A stretch of 64,000 nucleotides of DNA from the human T2T-CHM13v2.0 reference genome, Homo sapiens (GCA_009914755.4 CP068257.2:28608001-28672000), one strand, 5' to 3'; counted from the stretch's first letter, positions 30,176 to 45,034 are shown. Made by a program: numbers and translations. The notes: generated by a model from the sequence alone, not told the origin.

Positions 30176-31542
30176 TCTTCCAGGAATTGTGTATAATAAT
30201 TTTTCTGCCACGGTATGGCTGTGGTTGAGAAAACCTTCACTGTGCCTTCACATTCAGGTTGGTTAGGTACTTTTTAGACTAATGAGTTCATGCATTCTCT
30301 GGAATGAGTAGAGAAATGTTCCTTGAAAACCACCACAACTATCTTGATCAGATAGAGCTGTCATACCTGGTCCCTGGAATACTTGTGCTTTTATATTATG
30401 TTTCTATTAATATTTTATAACACTACTATGGTTTTTTTTTATCTAAAAGCAGAGAGAACTGTAGATGTTCTATGCCTCTGGCTGGATTGCACTGTTACAC
30501 TTAAAATCTCTATTACCTATCTTTCAAGAGAGGCAAGGAAAAAAAAGGAAAAAAAAATACGCTGGCTAAGTTCTCTCTTCTTTATCAACAGTTTTCTAAG
30601 TTATGGAGATAACATTCTTTATTATGATAATTATGCCCATGTCTTAAACCAATAATTAAAATAGAAAAAAAGCAGTAAATATGTATTTTCAAAAATAGTA
30701 GAACTATGACTTCTGGATATATACATAACAAGTTTAAGAATCATGATGAAAAGACATATATGTGTATTCATACACATCTATAAGCTCACATACCTATTCA
30801 CAATTATTCATAAAGTTAGCATAGTTATTGCCTTTATCTGATTCCAAGATAATCTTCAAAGAACCCATTAGCTTTAGTAGAAATTCAAACATTAGTCATC
30901 ATCCACATTAAGAGTTTGTAAGAGATGGAATTCAGAGAGTCAGATGTGACTTACCGTGGTGGGGAGGCCTGGGGCAGGATGAGATTAATTCATCTCCAGT
31001 TTGAGGGTCTTTCTAGTTTATTGGGATGCCAAGGTTATGTGTTTTCAAGTCAATGATTCTCATATGAGGCCAGGAAGGGGAGTTGCTGGAAAATGTTTAA
31101 ACAATCCTCTTCCCTGCCCTTTCCTTTCCTTTTACATGCTTTCCCTTACCTTCCTTTTCCCATTCCTCTTTATCTCCACCCCATTTCCTTCTCTCTTCTT
31201 GTTGATGGCGGTGGCCCATGCTACGTGTTCCAAGCCAGAAATTAAGAGCACTCTTGACTAAAGTTATACCTTTTTCTTTGAAAATTTACTTGTTTATTCC
31301 TATTCTAGACTATTTCCCTCGAATTCAGGCAAGATCAGGAGTACAAGTTCTAAATTTTATAAGGTTCTTCCCCCAAATTTTAGTTCTGTTTGGAACCAGT
31401 TCTTAAATATTTTAATTTGTAGATATTGCCTCCATGTGAGACATTCTCATGTGCCTTCTTGCTCTATGTGTTGTGGAATGAAAATGTATGTAATTCAGTA
31501 CTTCAGGAAAATGTTCTTTCCCAGAGGGAAATGCTACCTATG

Positions 31543-31853
31543 GCCAGGCACAGTGGCTCACACCTGTAATACCAGTGCTTTAGGGGGCCAATATGGGAGG
31601 ATTGATTGAGGCCAGAAGTTCCAGACCAGCTCTTCAAAATAGACCCCTTCTCTGCATAATAATAACAATAATAATAATAACAAAAATTAGCCAATTGTGG
31701 TGGCGCACACCTGTGGTCACAGCTACTCAGGGGGTGAGGCTGCAGGATTGTTGAAGCCGAAGATTTTGAAGCTACCGTGAGCTATGATTGTGACACTGCA
31801 CTCCGGCCTGGGAGACAAAACAAGGTCCTGTCTCTAAAAAAATAAAAAATAAA
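31543..31853 (+). mobile_element. Old (AluJ-like) Alu, sense, with (AATAATAAC) expansion in the middle A-rich linker
   Basis: ggccaggcacagtggctcacacctgtaataccagtgctttagggggccaatatgggagg...gcataataataacaataataataataacaaaaattagccaattgtggtggcgcacacctgtggtcacagctactcaggg. Confidence 0.8.
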
Positions 31854-34342
31854 GATTATGTATGCTGGGCACAAATTGTTCCTGGCATCTTTCCTTTAGT
31901 TTCCTAACTTAAGGCATCAAATGGAGTGTAGATGGCACAATCTGATCTTGGAGTACCAATGTTGAGAGGTAGGAAGATTGTAATATTTTTCTTGGGCCCG
32001 AAATATTTATACTCCCCTTATATACTTCTTGTTTCATCATCTATTGTTTCTCCTCATAACATTACACTAAAAAAATAAGGAAAATAAGGGTATGTCTGCA
32101 TTCTGTCAAATAAATATCTTCCATTTCAAGTTCAATTTGCATCCTAAGTGTGATAACAATAGAAAAAAGCCATAATGGAGTGGAGTGATGTCGTCTGATT
32201 TACTTTACACCATGAACTCCTTTTCAGATAAATGTAGACTGGTCGTGCCCCTACAATACAAGTCTTCATTAATTAGTTATTTACCAGTTACTTATTGTTA
32301 AACCACCTTCCCTTAAATGATAGGTAGTGTGACCTATTTTAGGAGGCACTGTTTTGGGTCCGGAGAAACCACTCTTTGTTACTAACTGGGTTCTGAACAC
32401 TCTGAAATGGCAAAAAGTTGCAGGCAGGGAACACATATGTCACCTTTATTTTTGACAGTAGAACTAGGTGTGTTAAAACAAATGGCTTTGCCAACACTAA
32501 ACCCTAGAATCAGACTGAGTTACCCATGTCAGGGTAGCATGGGTCCAGGAGAAGTTCCCTAAGATGGGGAAAGTAGTGGGAGTGGACAGCCCGTGGGCAA
32601 TTTGTACATGAATAAAGAAGGGTTCCCAAGAAGGGGAGGGTCAGGGATGAAAGGCACATTCTTCTCGGATATATCAATCATAAAGATGTCTTCATCTCTC
32701 CAGAGGCTGAGTGAATAAAGGGTTAGAGAGAGGTCAGAAGGACATTTAGGGGAAAGTCATTCCTCATAGGAAACAGTAGTGAGAAAAAAGCTCTTTTAAT
32801 ACCCTAGACTACTAAAACAAAAATAATTTAGATTCTGGCTCTAGCTTCCTAACTAACTAGCTCTAAAACCTTGGATTGTGGTTCTCAATCACATCCTCTA
32901 CAGAAAAAAAGGCTGTAGAGTTGGCGAATTTTAGGGCCTCTTCCTTTTTATAATACAACAAAATTACTGTCATTTGTCATTTGTTGAGCACTAGTCCTAG
33001 GCACTGTGTCAGAGCATCTTACACTCTCCTTTATTTAATTCTCAGAAAGTCCATCACTCTATAAAAATCCAGAGGGTTAAATGATGGTTTATGTCATACA
33101 AGTTAAGTAGAATAGTCGGGATTGCAACTCAAGGTCAATGAGTCACTCTGCTCTGCTCATGATATGTGAATTAAGGTGCCATACACAATACATGAAGAAA
33201 GAAGCACTTGGTATCTTGGTATTTTTCTTTGAGTCTATCAGCCGCCAAATATTTCTCAAAATTACTCAAGATTTATATTACAACCAGCTATTGTAGCACA
33301 AAATAGAAATTGAATATCTTCCCCAATCTGGGAGAAAAGAGCTCAGAAACGACTCCTACTTATTAGAGATTACTGAGTAAAGTTGCAAATTGATGAAAAA
33401 GACTAGACTCTGTAGTAATACATCCTCAGTGCCTTCACTCCAGGTAAAAAATGGTTCACCGTAAGAAGTCACAACTGTGACAATAATAATCGTCATTATC
33501 ATAGTTGTTGCCTGAAAGATAGAATTCTGGACTTAAAATCTTTATTTTTTCTATTTTGAATGAAACCATTCCAGATTGAGAATATTTATTCTTTAGATAA
33601 AGAAACTTTAACATAATTCTTTGCATTAAATAGCAGAATCTGAATTTAAATTTGGGGATTGTATATTTTTGATTTAAAAAATAAGAAAATTACTTTCCAC
33701 TTTTGAATAATTTTTCCTTTAAATATGTGAGACCCTGGAATTTGAGGCAGTAAACAATTGCATCGCCCAGAGTTTTCTGGACTCCAGACTGTAAGACACT
33801 GAAAACAAAGGTGAGAGCTGAGCTTCAAATGCTATTCTGATTTTTCAGTCACCTGACTGTAGATAGATAGCTTGGGGACTCGCTGAGTCCTGTCAATCAG
33901 ATTAAACTCACAGACAGAAAGAACAAGAACCATGGGCATAATGAGTAGTTGAAGACAGGAAACATTTTATTAGATCAGCTCTGAGACAACACCTATGCAC
34001 ATCTGATCAAGAATTCAGTTTGCTTCTGATTCTAATTCTGCAGTAATCTAGAAACCATGATTCCAGCCAGCACTGATATAAGTGGAAATTTTAGCATGGA
34101 CAGTACAGTATTGGGGGTTATGGATAGAGTTCCATGATCTTGGAATATTCTCTCATAATGTTGGGAGTGGCAGTATGGTTAATTGAACTGTCATGTGAAA
34201 CCTCTGCTCATTAAGGGCCTCCTGGTAAGTGGAAACCCTTTTCCTTTAGTGAATCGCATGTAGCACACTAACTGTATGATGAGAAATTTGATAGGCAGCT
34301 TGTGGTGAACTCAAAGAAAAAAAAATTAAGAAACTCAATGGA

Positions 34343-34660
<318 letters not shown>

Positions 34661-35647
34661 AATGTAATGGAACAAAAATGTTTCACTGGACTTAGAAAAT
34701 ATGTAGGCTTAATACACCCATCAGAAAATACATTCTATGAAAGAAGGGTTCAGAAAGATAGTGGTCAGTAATACAGTTTCAAGATAGCAGGCAGAAATAA
34801 ATATGAAAATTATGCTATATATTAATGCTTTTCATAGCACGCCAAATGTAGTAGCTTTGTCAACTCTTTAAACTATATTATAAATTGTTAGTCATCGAAA
34901 CATAAACTGTCTTGTATATACATTAAAACAGATTTTCATGGTTAAGTAGATTGTGCATTAAATAAATTCTAGGGTAGAGTTTTGCTTGATTCATACATTT
35001 GGGACAGAAGGTGCATATGTATTGTGTTTTCTTGTACTTCTTTCTCTGTTGTCTATAAAAGTGAGGGGGTATGCCTAAGAAACACCTGGATGCTCATAGC
35101 TCCTTATAGCTCATATTTGGATTTGTAAAATGTTTACAGCTGTGAAAAGTGATACTTCAGTTTATAATCAGCGTTTATTTCTTGCAAAACAAATGAAAAT
35201 TAGGTTGTTATCTTTTATTTAGGAGGCAGAAAAATTTGATCTACTATGCAGTGAAATTTATGGGAAAAGAAGTTTAAATTGTGTATTTTTAAACACACAT
35301 TTAAAGGATCTCGGCTGATTTCTTGTCACTGGAGCAATGGACATAGTATGTTGTTTACTAGCGATATTCTTTGCCTAAATAAAATTTAACTAAAATTGAA
35401 TCAGACAAAACATATGAATCCTCACATCCTATGGCTTTCTAGAAGGCAATGTGCTATACAGGACTGATGCCTATTTCATTTTGCTATTCAATGTTTTTAT
35501 TAATAGTAGTTTGGAGAATGTCGTTGACTCTAGCAATTCTTAGGATGGGGCCATCTTTATTTCTCAGTACTTCTATTTTTCTAAATTTTAAAAATTACTT
35601 GCTCATCAAAGCATAATTGTTAAGTCTAAAAATCACTTTAAGAATCT

Positions 35648-36200
35648 AGAACTAGAAATACCATTTGACCCAGTAATCCGATTACTGGGTATGCACCCCA
35701 AGGATTATAAATCATTCTACTATAAAGACACATGCACACGTATGTTTATTGTGGCACTATTCACAATAGGAAAGACTTGGAACCAAGCCAAATGTCTATC
35801 AATGATAGACTGGATAAAGAAAACATAGCACATATACACCATGGAACACTCTGCAGCCATAAAAAAGATGAATTCATGCCTTTTGCAGGGACATGGATGA
35901 AGCTGGAAACCATCATTCTCAGCAAACTAACACAAGAACAGAAAATCAAACACCTCATGTTCTCACTCATAAATAGGACTAGAACAATGAGAACACATGG
36001 ACACAGGGAGGGGAACATCACACACCTGGGCCTGTCGGTGGGTGGGAGTCTTGGGGAGGGATAGCATTAGGAGAAATACCTAATGTAGGTGACGGGTTGA
36101 TGGGTGCAGCAAACCACCATGGCACGTGTATGGTTATGTAACAAACCTGCACGTTCTGCACATGCACCCCAGAACTTAAAGTATATTAAAAAAGAAAAAC
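35648..36200 (+). mobile_element. L1PA-type 3' end (ORF2 C-terminus + 3'UTR), sense. Explains ORFs 35732..36064
   Basis: ...ccatttgacccagtaatccgattactgggtatgcaccccaaggattataaatcattctactataaagacacatgcacacgtatgtttattgtggcactattcacaataggaaagacttggaaccaagccaaatgt...gtaggtgacgggttgatgggtgcagcaaaccaccatggcacgtgtatggttatgtaacaaacctgcacgttctgcacatgcaccccagaacttaaagtatattaaaaaa. Confidence 0.85.
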
Positions 36201-36843
36201 AGAATATCCAATCCTCATTTCCAAGACTTCTCCAAAGCTAACAATTTTTGTGTAGGCTGTGTTTTTGTAAAGCTTTTTATTCTCTCTCTCTGTATATGTA
36301 CACACGCACATACACACTATAATATACAAATGTATATTACATAAAGAAATGTTTGTTTATTTGCAAGTGGTTATACATAAAATATGCCAGTCTACATAAT
36401 TTTATAGATCGTATTTATTAATTTTATAACTTTTTGTCATATTAATTCATATGGATCTATTCCATCCTTTTTATCTGTTGTAAAATATTTATTCATATGA
36501 CTATATTATAATTTATAGTCTCCAACTGATGAACTTTTTCATTGTTCTCAATTTTTCAGCGTCCAGGTGGTGCTGAGGTGAATATTGTAGAACGTGAAAG
36601 GATGTTTAGGTAGAAGGGACTTTGAGAAGTGAATTTACCTTGTCATAAAGTGTGGGTATTTTAAATATTCACATATATAGTGGCTGTTAAATTCCATTTC
36701 CATCTGCAGTATGTGAGAATATATTTTTAAGTTGCCACATGATTAACTTTAAAAAAGTTTGCCAAATGGATGATTACAAATAATATTTTGTAGGTTATAA
36801 TTACCTATTACTAAGGTTGAACACTTTTTAATATTTTTATTAA

Positions 36844-37133
<290 letters not shown>

Positions 37134-38681
37134 TTAATTTGTAGGAGTTCTTAAATATTTTGGATAGTATTTATGGTACATGTTGTATATATTTTCTCTA
37201 AATCTGGTTTTTTTTTTTCTATGTTTTGTTGCTAGGTTGATTTTTTCGTTAATAGACTATTTCCGTAGGGTTAATATTTACAGAAACATTGAGCGGAAAG
37301 TACATGGCGTTCTGGTAGGCATTATCATCCCCCCATCCTTACACATGCTCTTGCTTTATTTTTAATTTCTTTGTGATATCTCATATTACCAGGAGCTTTT
37401 CATTTTGATGTAGCCATATTTGCTAATCTTTTATTTTACAAGTATTGTTTATTTGTTTGTTTGTACTTACTTGAAAAAAATCTTTCCTATCTAAGGTCTT
37501 TAAGGTAATGTCTTATATTTTCCCTTTTTTATTTTAGGCGTTCTTTTTTCTACTTAAATTTAACTACACCTCTTTTCAAATTTGCCTGTCACCTCACACA
37601 TTTTTTTCCATTGAGTACTCATACCCTAGTTACCTCACCATTCAGATGTCACTTCCATGCCATTTCTTCCCCTGAGTGTTCTTTTGTTCTTCAGGTTAGG
37701 AGCAATCTTCTTGCCTGCCAGAGAGTCTTGCAAAAAAAAAAAAAAAAAAGGTGATTTTCTTTTCTTCTCCGGAAGTTTTTATATTGTACTTAAACTAGTC
37801 AAGACAGTATTATGCTTGTTTCAGTATATTATTCTTCCAAATAGTTCTTGAGAACAAGATCTATAAATCTTGATATCCCCAAAGAGTCCTACTCAGTGTC
37901 TCAAAGAATAAGTTTACCATTAACTTTTGTAAAGAGAAAAAAAAATGTATGTTTAGTTTGGACAACTGAATGCTCATCTGGGACACACAGTAATTATTTC
38001 CAAATACTTGAACACCTATCCTAGGTTAAAGGAATTGAAGTGGTCCTATATGGTCAATAGATCATTGCTAAGGGCAACTATACAGTATTTTTCTCAATAC
38101 GAAGAAGAAATTTTCAGCAAATAGAATTCTCTGAAAATTGAACGAACTCACACAGGAGTGACTTGATTATTCCCAGCCTCATTCAAGCAGAAGCAGTGCA
38201 TTAATATTTCTTCTAAAGCCCTTTGTACACACAGTAGTCCTACTGAAGGAATGAATGACATATTAGCTCTATTTATATGCTTCGTGAGTTTTAATTTTAA
38301 ACATTGACTCTTGATATTGGGGTTTCTTCCCCATCTTTCCAGACTTCAGTTACACCCATCTCTGGGGATCATTTTATTTTTCTTTAAATATGATTTGCTT
38401 TTTATTTACAAAAATGCTTAGGGTATTTATCATGTTGTTTTCACCACTCAAATAGATGATTTTATTTTCATTTTTTGGGTAATAACTTACAGAGGTTAAA
38501 TGACTTCTAGGAGGTTCAATATTAAATTTATTTAACTGCTGAAACCTTATCTACAAAACCAATAAATACACATACTGTGCTGAGAAATAAACGTATGTTT
38601 AATACTCTATGTACTCTTTATTAAATTGATTTATGTTTCCAAATTTCTGTATATCAATATTAATGTAGACATTCTAGGTGA

Positions 38682-39101
<420 letters not shown>

Positions 39102-39196
39102 TGACAATGCTATGTATATTGCCCAGAATATGGATGAAATTTTAGTAAATGTGAAATAAAGCATAAGGAAAGCCATTACTTCCAGACAGAAATTTG

Positions 39197-39202
39197 TTTA
39201 TT
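39197..39202 (-). terminator. Candidate polyadenylation signal AATAAA (plus-strand tttatt) about 840 nt downstream of the KRTAP24-1 stop
   Basis: It is the first canonical minus-strand AATAAA I could find downstream of the stop. The 3'UTR length is unverified. Confidence 0.2.
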
Positions 39203-40038
39203 AACTAAGAACTAGGACATTTTCCAGAGTCAGAATGCAATAAATTGGCAAGGCAAGATGATAGGAGAATCCTAAACGCAGATTACACATAATTGTAAAG
39301 GGTCTCTAACAGTATTTGTTCTTCTTTCAACAAATAATTTTCATGCTTTAGCTAATTCTGAGGCTTTTTCTTAGGCATGGAGAACAAAAGCTGAGTACCA
39401 GTGAATCTTGTTTTATGGCTTCTCTGGAAGAGAAGATTTGCTGAAGTCTTCTATTTTTGAGCTCTAGTCACCATTGCTATTTGCCTGTTCTTACAATCAA
39501 TCAGTAAGAAAAGGATGAAATAGTTCAACTTATTATGCTCAAGATAGTGTTTTCTATCGGCTTATTAGCAAGGTGCTAGTTAGGTAGTTGACAAAAATAT
39601 TAATGACAATCAAAGCCATCCGAATGAATTTGCATGCTGGAATCTGCAGTCAAACCATGGAGGCCCCATTTCATCAGGAAAGGTAGGTGATAATCACACT
39701 GTCAGACAAGTGACAGTGACAGCCAAAGTAAGAAAGCCGGTGATGGTTGTATTTCAAATGGAGTCTCTTCGGTAAGTCCATTGTAATAAATCTCAGAAAT
39801 AATGATGTTACCTTCAGGGTCAGCTTTTAGTACAAAGAGCAATAACAGAACAACAGAAAAAAGAAAACCTAGCAGGTGATACTGGCTGTGGTTAATAAAC
39901 CTGGGAGTTGTATTTGAACTTAATGTAACAAGATTCTTAGGCTGAATAAAGAGATTCAGCAGAAAATTAGACGTTCTAGTACTTAGTAGAATCTTCCCCA
40001 TTGGGCAATTTCCAGCTGCTATAAATTCTGGAAGTTGG

Positions 40039-40803
40039 TCAATAGCATTTCAGAGGTCTGCTACCACTGCACAAATACCTCAGAGGTGGAAAGGTACTGG
40101 GTATATAGCTCAGAGATCTGAAGCTTCTAGATAAATAGCTCAGTGGTCGGCAGCTCGTAGGCCTGTAGCTTGAATAGTGATAATTTCTCACTAAATAGCT
40201 TTGGGGTTGGCAGCTGTTGGAAATATAACATAATGGTGAGACGTAGCTGGGTATGAAGCAAGGATTTTGGTAGCTTTTATACCCCAAAGTACTCAATCTG
40301 CAGTGGTTTAGAGTTTGGAAACTCTTGGATAAGCAGTTAAGTTGTCCAAAGCAGTTGGAACCGTTGCGGAGGGTTTGGCAGGCTTTGGATGCATTTCGAG
40401 TGGGTATGTGGCAATTGCATACATACCCATTGGTCTGGGTGCTTGGGCTGCAGCTGGGGCTGGGGCTGACGTTGGTAGTTTCACAGACACTGAAGACTTG
40501 GCCTGCTGATGGGGAGTTGCAGGGCACAGAGGAGTTTGACGGGTCACAACCAGTGGTACTGCAGGTCTTGGGCTCACAGCTGGGAGATTTGCAGGTTGGT
40601 GCTTCACCGTAGGATTCTTGGCAGTAATCCAGGAGCCAGAGATTTCCTTGGTAGCTACTGGGTAAGCAGTGTCCAAAGGTAGGGCTTAAATCACTGGAGC
40701 TAAGAGTAACAGAAGAGGTCACTGGGATATAACAGTGAGTTCTGTATGATGTGGTACTGCAGACCCCAGGATAGCCTGTAGTAGACATGGAGCCTGCAGG
40801 CAT
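40039..40803 (-). CDS. KRTAP24-1: Keratin-associated protein (KAP) 24-1, single-exon gene. 254 aa + stop, starting MPAGSMSTTGYPGVCSTTSYRTHCYIPVTSS and ending ...FPPLRYLCSGSRPLKCY
   Basis: It is the 3' 255 codons of the 296-aa minus-strand ORF 40039..40929. The product is Ser/Cys/Pro/Tyr-rich, with repeated (S/R)xxLSY C-terminal motifs typical of hair KAPs, and matches my recollection of the 254-aa KAP24.1 protein. The start was placed at the second in-frame ATG (plus-strand CAT at 40801..40803) because a conserved TATA box lies between the first and second ATG. No introns are expected for KRTAP genes. Confidence 0.8.
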   Translation of the reverse strand: MPAGSMSTTGYPGVCSTTSYRTHCYIPVTSSVTLSSSDLSPTFGHCLPSSYQGNLWLLDYCQESYGEAPTCKSPSCEPKTCSTTGCDPSNSSVPCNSPSAGQVFSVCETTNVSPSPSCSPSTQTNGYVCNCHIPTRNASKACQTLRNGSNCFGQLNCLSKSFQTLNHCRLSTLGYKSYQNPCFIPSYVSPLCYISNSCQPQSYLVRNYHYSSYRPTSCRPLSYLSRSFRSLSYIPSTFPPLRYLCSGSRPLKCY

Positions 40804-40844
40804 GCTCAGTGGTCGCTGTGCAGTGTGTCTGTGGCCTAAGGACG

Positions 40845-40851
40845 TTTTATA
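40845..40851 (-). promoter_or_regulatory. KRTAP24-1: TATA box (minus-strand TATAAAA) of KRTAP24-1, 41 nt upstream of the ATG
   Basis: Minus strand reads ggTATAAAAcgtccttaggccacagacacactgcacagcgaccactgagcATG. The same ggtata..aaacg..taggtcacatagacaaca block recurs upstream of the KAP pseudogene at about 55.77 kb, so the TATA is conserved between paralogs. Confidence 0.5.
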
Positions 40852-40993
40852 CCTTCCCTGGTGATTGTCAAAAGCCTCTCCAGACTCTTTCTTCTGTCTG
40901 CTTGGGGCAATAACACAGCAACATCTCATTAGTGTGTTGGTTAGCCACAGAGGCTAATGTTTTCACACGTGTAAAAATAAGTTTATTTTAATT

Positions 40994-41001
40994 CTTCAAA
41001 G
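40994..41001 (-). promoter_or_regulatory. LEF1/TCF consensus CTTTGAAG, about 190 bp upstream of the KRTAP24-1 ATG
   Basis: Plus-strand cttcaaag at 40994..41001 reads CTTTGAAG on the coding strand. This is the LEF-1 motif known to sit near -200 in hair keratin and KAP promoters. It also matches WWCAAAG in the other orientation. Confidence 0.35.
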
Positions 41002-44000
41002 TATCCATAATCACCACTTTGACCATCACCCATCACTCATCATCTGTAGACCATACCTTCAGCAAATAGTGATTTTCATGTTAATAGGCAAACTCTCATC
41101 TGTCAATCAGAGGTTAACAAGAGTTCATGGGTCTATGGGCTTCTGCAACATGGTTATTTAAAGGTTCACAAGGACTCAAGTAAAGCAAGTAACCTGTATT
41201 TTTCCACGCTGTTAACTACTGGAAAACACTGAAGGACTTAATCATATACTCTGAAATAAGTCAAGTAGTTTGTCTGTCTCAACATGGTTACTCAAAAGCA
41301 GGCATTGACCTTTCAAGAATCAGTTTTCCAAATATGTGCTATACTCTTACCTGTGCAGGGCCATATACTGGTAACGGCTTCTCATGTAATGTATTAGGAG
41401 AAGTTCATAGGTAAGACTCACAGCAATACTTGGGAAACTTGGTGACCAACACCTGGCTAAAAATGAACTTGTTCCCAGGGGGCATTTGTTGCTAAGCAAC
41501 CAAGACTTCTGTTAAATCCCTTCTTAAAGAGTGTCGGCAATATGCACTATCAAATAAACCCAGCTTTGCAAGATGATACCTTCCTAATTGACTAAGATTA
41601 CATATCACATGTTCCATTGCCTGCTGTAAACCCCAATTGCTGTCAGATGTAAATATTTTCCCCGTTTTTCCCCAAATAAGTTCTCTTATTCTTTATTTGC
41701 TTTCTTTTGCACCTACACTTTATTTTACTCCTGTGTTGAAAAATGCAGTTATTTTTAGTTTATGTCAATGAAAGGAAATAACTCTTTAAAAGTTTTATCT
41801 GAATAAACTGTATAGTTCTTACAAGCACTGTATATATGAAATAGCACTTTTTACTACTCAGGGTGAAGGCTAAAGAATTTTTTTAAAGATTTTAATTTAT
41901 ACTGAAGAACTGAAATTTTGTTCTTCAAATATAAAATTATAATTTATAATTCCAGCCTCTATTGAATTGGAAACAGCAATGCATTTATTAACTGTGAAGA
42001 GTTCAGACAGAGAATAGAACAGTCTTCTTCAGGTATAATCAGCTATAGGGATAGTTTTTTAAATTAACTCTCTTTATAGCAAACTATGAGATTTCTCTCA
42101 CTGTTTTCGGTTACTTTTCAGTCAGATTTTTCAAATGCACAGCAATTTAAACCTACAGATATTCTCTTTTTTTTAAAAAAGATCTCCATTTTCTCAGTGC
42201 TTTTCTCAGTATTTGTTCTGTAAGTTGACAATAAGCAATTCTGTATTAAACATGTTTTGCTGCCTTCTGCAGTATCTCTCAGGTGACAAAGGCCACAATC
42301 ATGAAACTGTATTTCCAGTAAATTGTTTGGCTATAGAGAGCCTTGGGATTTTGTGCGGAAAATGTTAGTCCTGAGGCAGGCAAAATAGGAAAGAAGATAC
42401 ATGGGCAGTTAGTTGACGGCCAACTTTCCGCTAAGTTACTGAGCCCCAGTGATACACAGAAAAGCCACAGGTTGATGAAGCTTTATTTCTACAGTTCTCT
42501 ATTGTATCATTGTTGCCTCTAGTCTTTTTTTCTTAGGCATCCTTGAAGCAGGTTTGAGGGCTAACACCATTAACAAACACAGAATGAGTTAAGTCAGTTA
42601 CTGTAAAGCTCACATTCTTCCCTTCCATCTTAAAATTAAATAGTGAGGTATTTTGAATTAATTTGATTCACACAGGTGTAAGTCTAAAAAATAATGTGGA
42701 ACATCATATGGCATGACCAATATTCAAAGCATGAGCCATTAGAACATATTTAAATTGATTTTGCTATGATAATATTCTAAACAAATAAACAATGAGATTT
42801 GAGAAAGGAACCCTAGCTCATTTCCTCTCATTTGCTTTTGTGTTTCCTCTCCTTCCTTACTCAGAACATCACACACCTGTAGAAACAACATCCCATCCCA
42901 TTCACACCATCATTTTCTGTACATGATTCCTCTGCACAATTGTGTCCTACTCTAATCTCAACCTTTGAAAGAGATGGAGCACACCGCATCAGAAATATAG
43001 CAAATATCAGGTTCATAGCGATGGCAGGCTTGAGTAGAAAATAAAGACCATTGTCGTTTGAGTGGCATCGTGGTCTGAAGGCTTTGGAGAGTCATATGCA
43101 TTTCTCTGTTTTCACTTAACTCCTAAAATAATGTTTTCTTCCATTAATTCCCCTGTTATTAGTATTTGTTGTGTGCGGAAGTCCGAATAATGCACCCACC
43201 CAAGAGGGTCACATTCCAGTACTGGGAAATCTGTGAATGCTACGTGACACGGCAAAAAGGGACTGTGCAGGTGTGATTAAATTAAGGATCTTGAAGTGGA
43301 TTATCTGGGTGGGCCTGATGTAATTTCCAGACAATATGAGGATGGAAACAGAGTTTGGAATGATGTGGCCACAAGCTAAGGAATGTCAGCAATCGTTATA
43401 ATCCAAAAAAGGTAGGGAATGTATTTCTCCCTGGGGATTCCAGGAGGAATCAGCACTGTTGATAACTTCACTTTGGGTCAGCGAAGCAGCTTTTGAACTG
43501 TAGCCTCTAGAACTGTAAGAAAATACACTTTTGTTGTTTTATGCCTTTCCATTGAGTTTGTGGTAAGTTGTTACAGCTGTCACAGGAAATAAATACACTA
43601 TGCCAGAAAAGTGTAGGAAAATATAATAGATAGTCCTTATGTAGTTTGAGAAGTTTGCACTCTGTATTCAGGGAAAGTTTAAGATGTAAGGAATGAGCTT
43701 CCTAGCTATCAGATAATTCAGAGAGATACCAATACTGTCTGTGGAATACGCAACAAACTTCCTGTATCTAATGAGCCAGCAGACTCCTTTCCTCATTAAA
43801 AAAGAGTTGTGGAATTCTTTCCCAGTTTTATCCAAAGGTTAAAAATCCTTTAGGGTAAACAGAAGATCAAATAAAGCTAAATTTTCCAGTAAATGGCCCT
43901 TAAAAAAAGTAATAGAGGACACTTTTCTAGTCTTTTAGGTCAAACAAAATTTTATATTCCCTTTTGCTACTATATATGCAGTAATGTATTTTTCCACTTG

Positions 44001-45034
44001 CCAAGATGGTGTTAAATTAGGCAAAACTGATCTTATGACTGAAAAAGCAAAATGTTTGTGAATCCATACTTAAATAACAATTGAATTGCAAATATTGAGT
44101 CAAAATGATTCTTACATTTAGCATTGGTAACCTAAAATATTGGTTACTTGCTGTTTACAAGTAGCATTTATATTGCTGTAAATGTAATGCAGCATTTACA
44201 TTGTTGGCTTAATAGATCGTTAGTGGTTTAAGAAGCTGAAGAACAGATGAGAAATATAAAAAATTTTAAGAAACAGAAATAAATGAAGGTAAAGCCTTTA
44301 AAAAATGATAGCACAAATGGGTGGAAAGAGGAATTTTCATGCTTAAATTCAGGGAAACATGGTATACATGTAATGAAATACAACTGTAGTAAAAGTTAAA
44401 CATTTTTAAATGGAACTGTCAGGACTGTGCCCTACTGAGTTATGCATTACTGTCTTGCTGACTACCATTTAAATGTATTTATTAGCATGTACCTTGGAAA
44501 ATTGTTCTCTCTCAGTACATCAGTATCTTAAATAAAACTGGAGCTAATAGCATGTACTTTGCAGGACTTTCCTGCAGATGCAATGAGATAATAAATATGA
44601 AAATACCTAGAAAAGTGCAATGGACATAGTAGATGCAAATTAAATCTTTTCTTTCTAATTTTCTAATGCTCCACTTTAGGGAATTCCGGTCACCAATTAG
44701 ACTAAAAAATATTATTTGCAATTTACTTTGATGTTGTAAACACATAGTCCTACAATAATCATTGTGTCCTTTAAAAGTAAATGCTAAAAATGAACAATTC
44801 TACCTTGTGTAGTTAAGAAAAATGACTTGCTTGACAACAGGCTACTAATGACTCCTCTTGTATAACTCAAATCCTTCAGTGTCATATATCATTAGCTAGT
44901 TCCTGGAAGCCGTATATGTATTGCTAGCAATAAAGGCTCAATGCTCAAATTCCCTGGACTCTAATCCTGTTTCTGATGCTCAGTTTGACTACCACGTGTT
45001 TCTGTAACTTAATTTCCACCTCTTCAAAATAAAG

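Noticed and set aside
40308-40676. ORFs 40308..40676 (-) and 40325..40612 (+), 122 and 95 aa
   Set aside because: They are alternative-frame or antisense ORFs entirely inside the KRTAP24-1 coding sequence. Pro/Ala-rich composition is an artefact of the Ser/Cys codon-rich template.
40804-40929. 42-codon N-terminal extension of the KRTAP24-1 ORF (first ATG at 40927..40929, MRCCCVIAPSRQKKESGEAFDNHQGRYKTSLGHRHTAQRPLS)
   Set aside because: The conserved TATA box (40845..40851) lies inside this extension, so the upstream ATG should not be in the mRNA. The extension is not KAP-like, and the 254-aa form matches the expected protein length.
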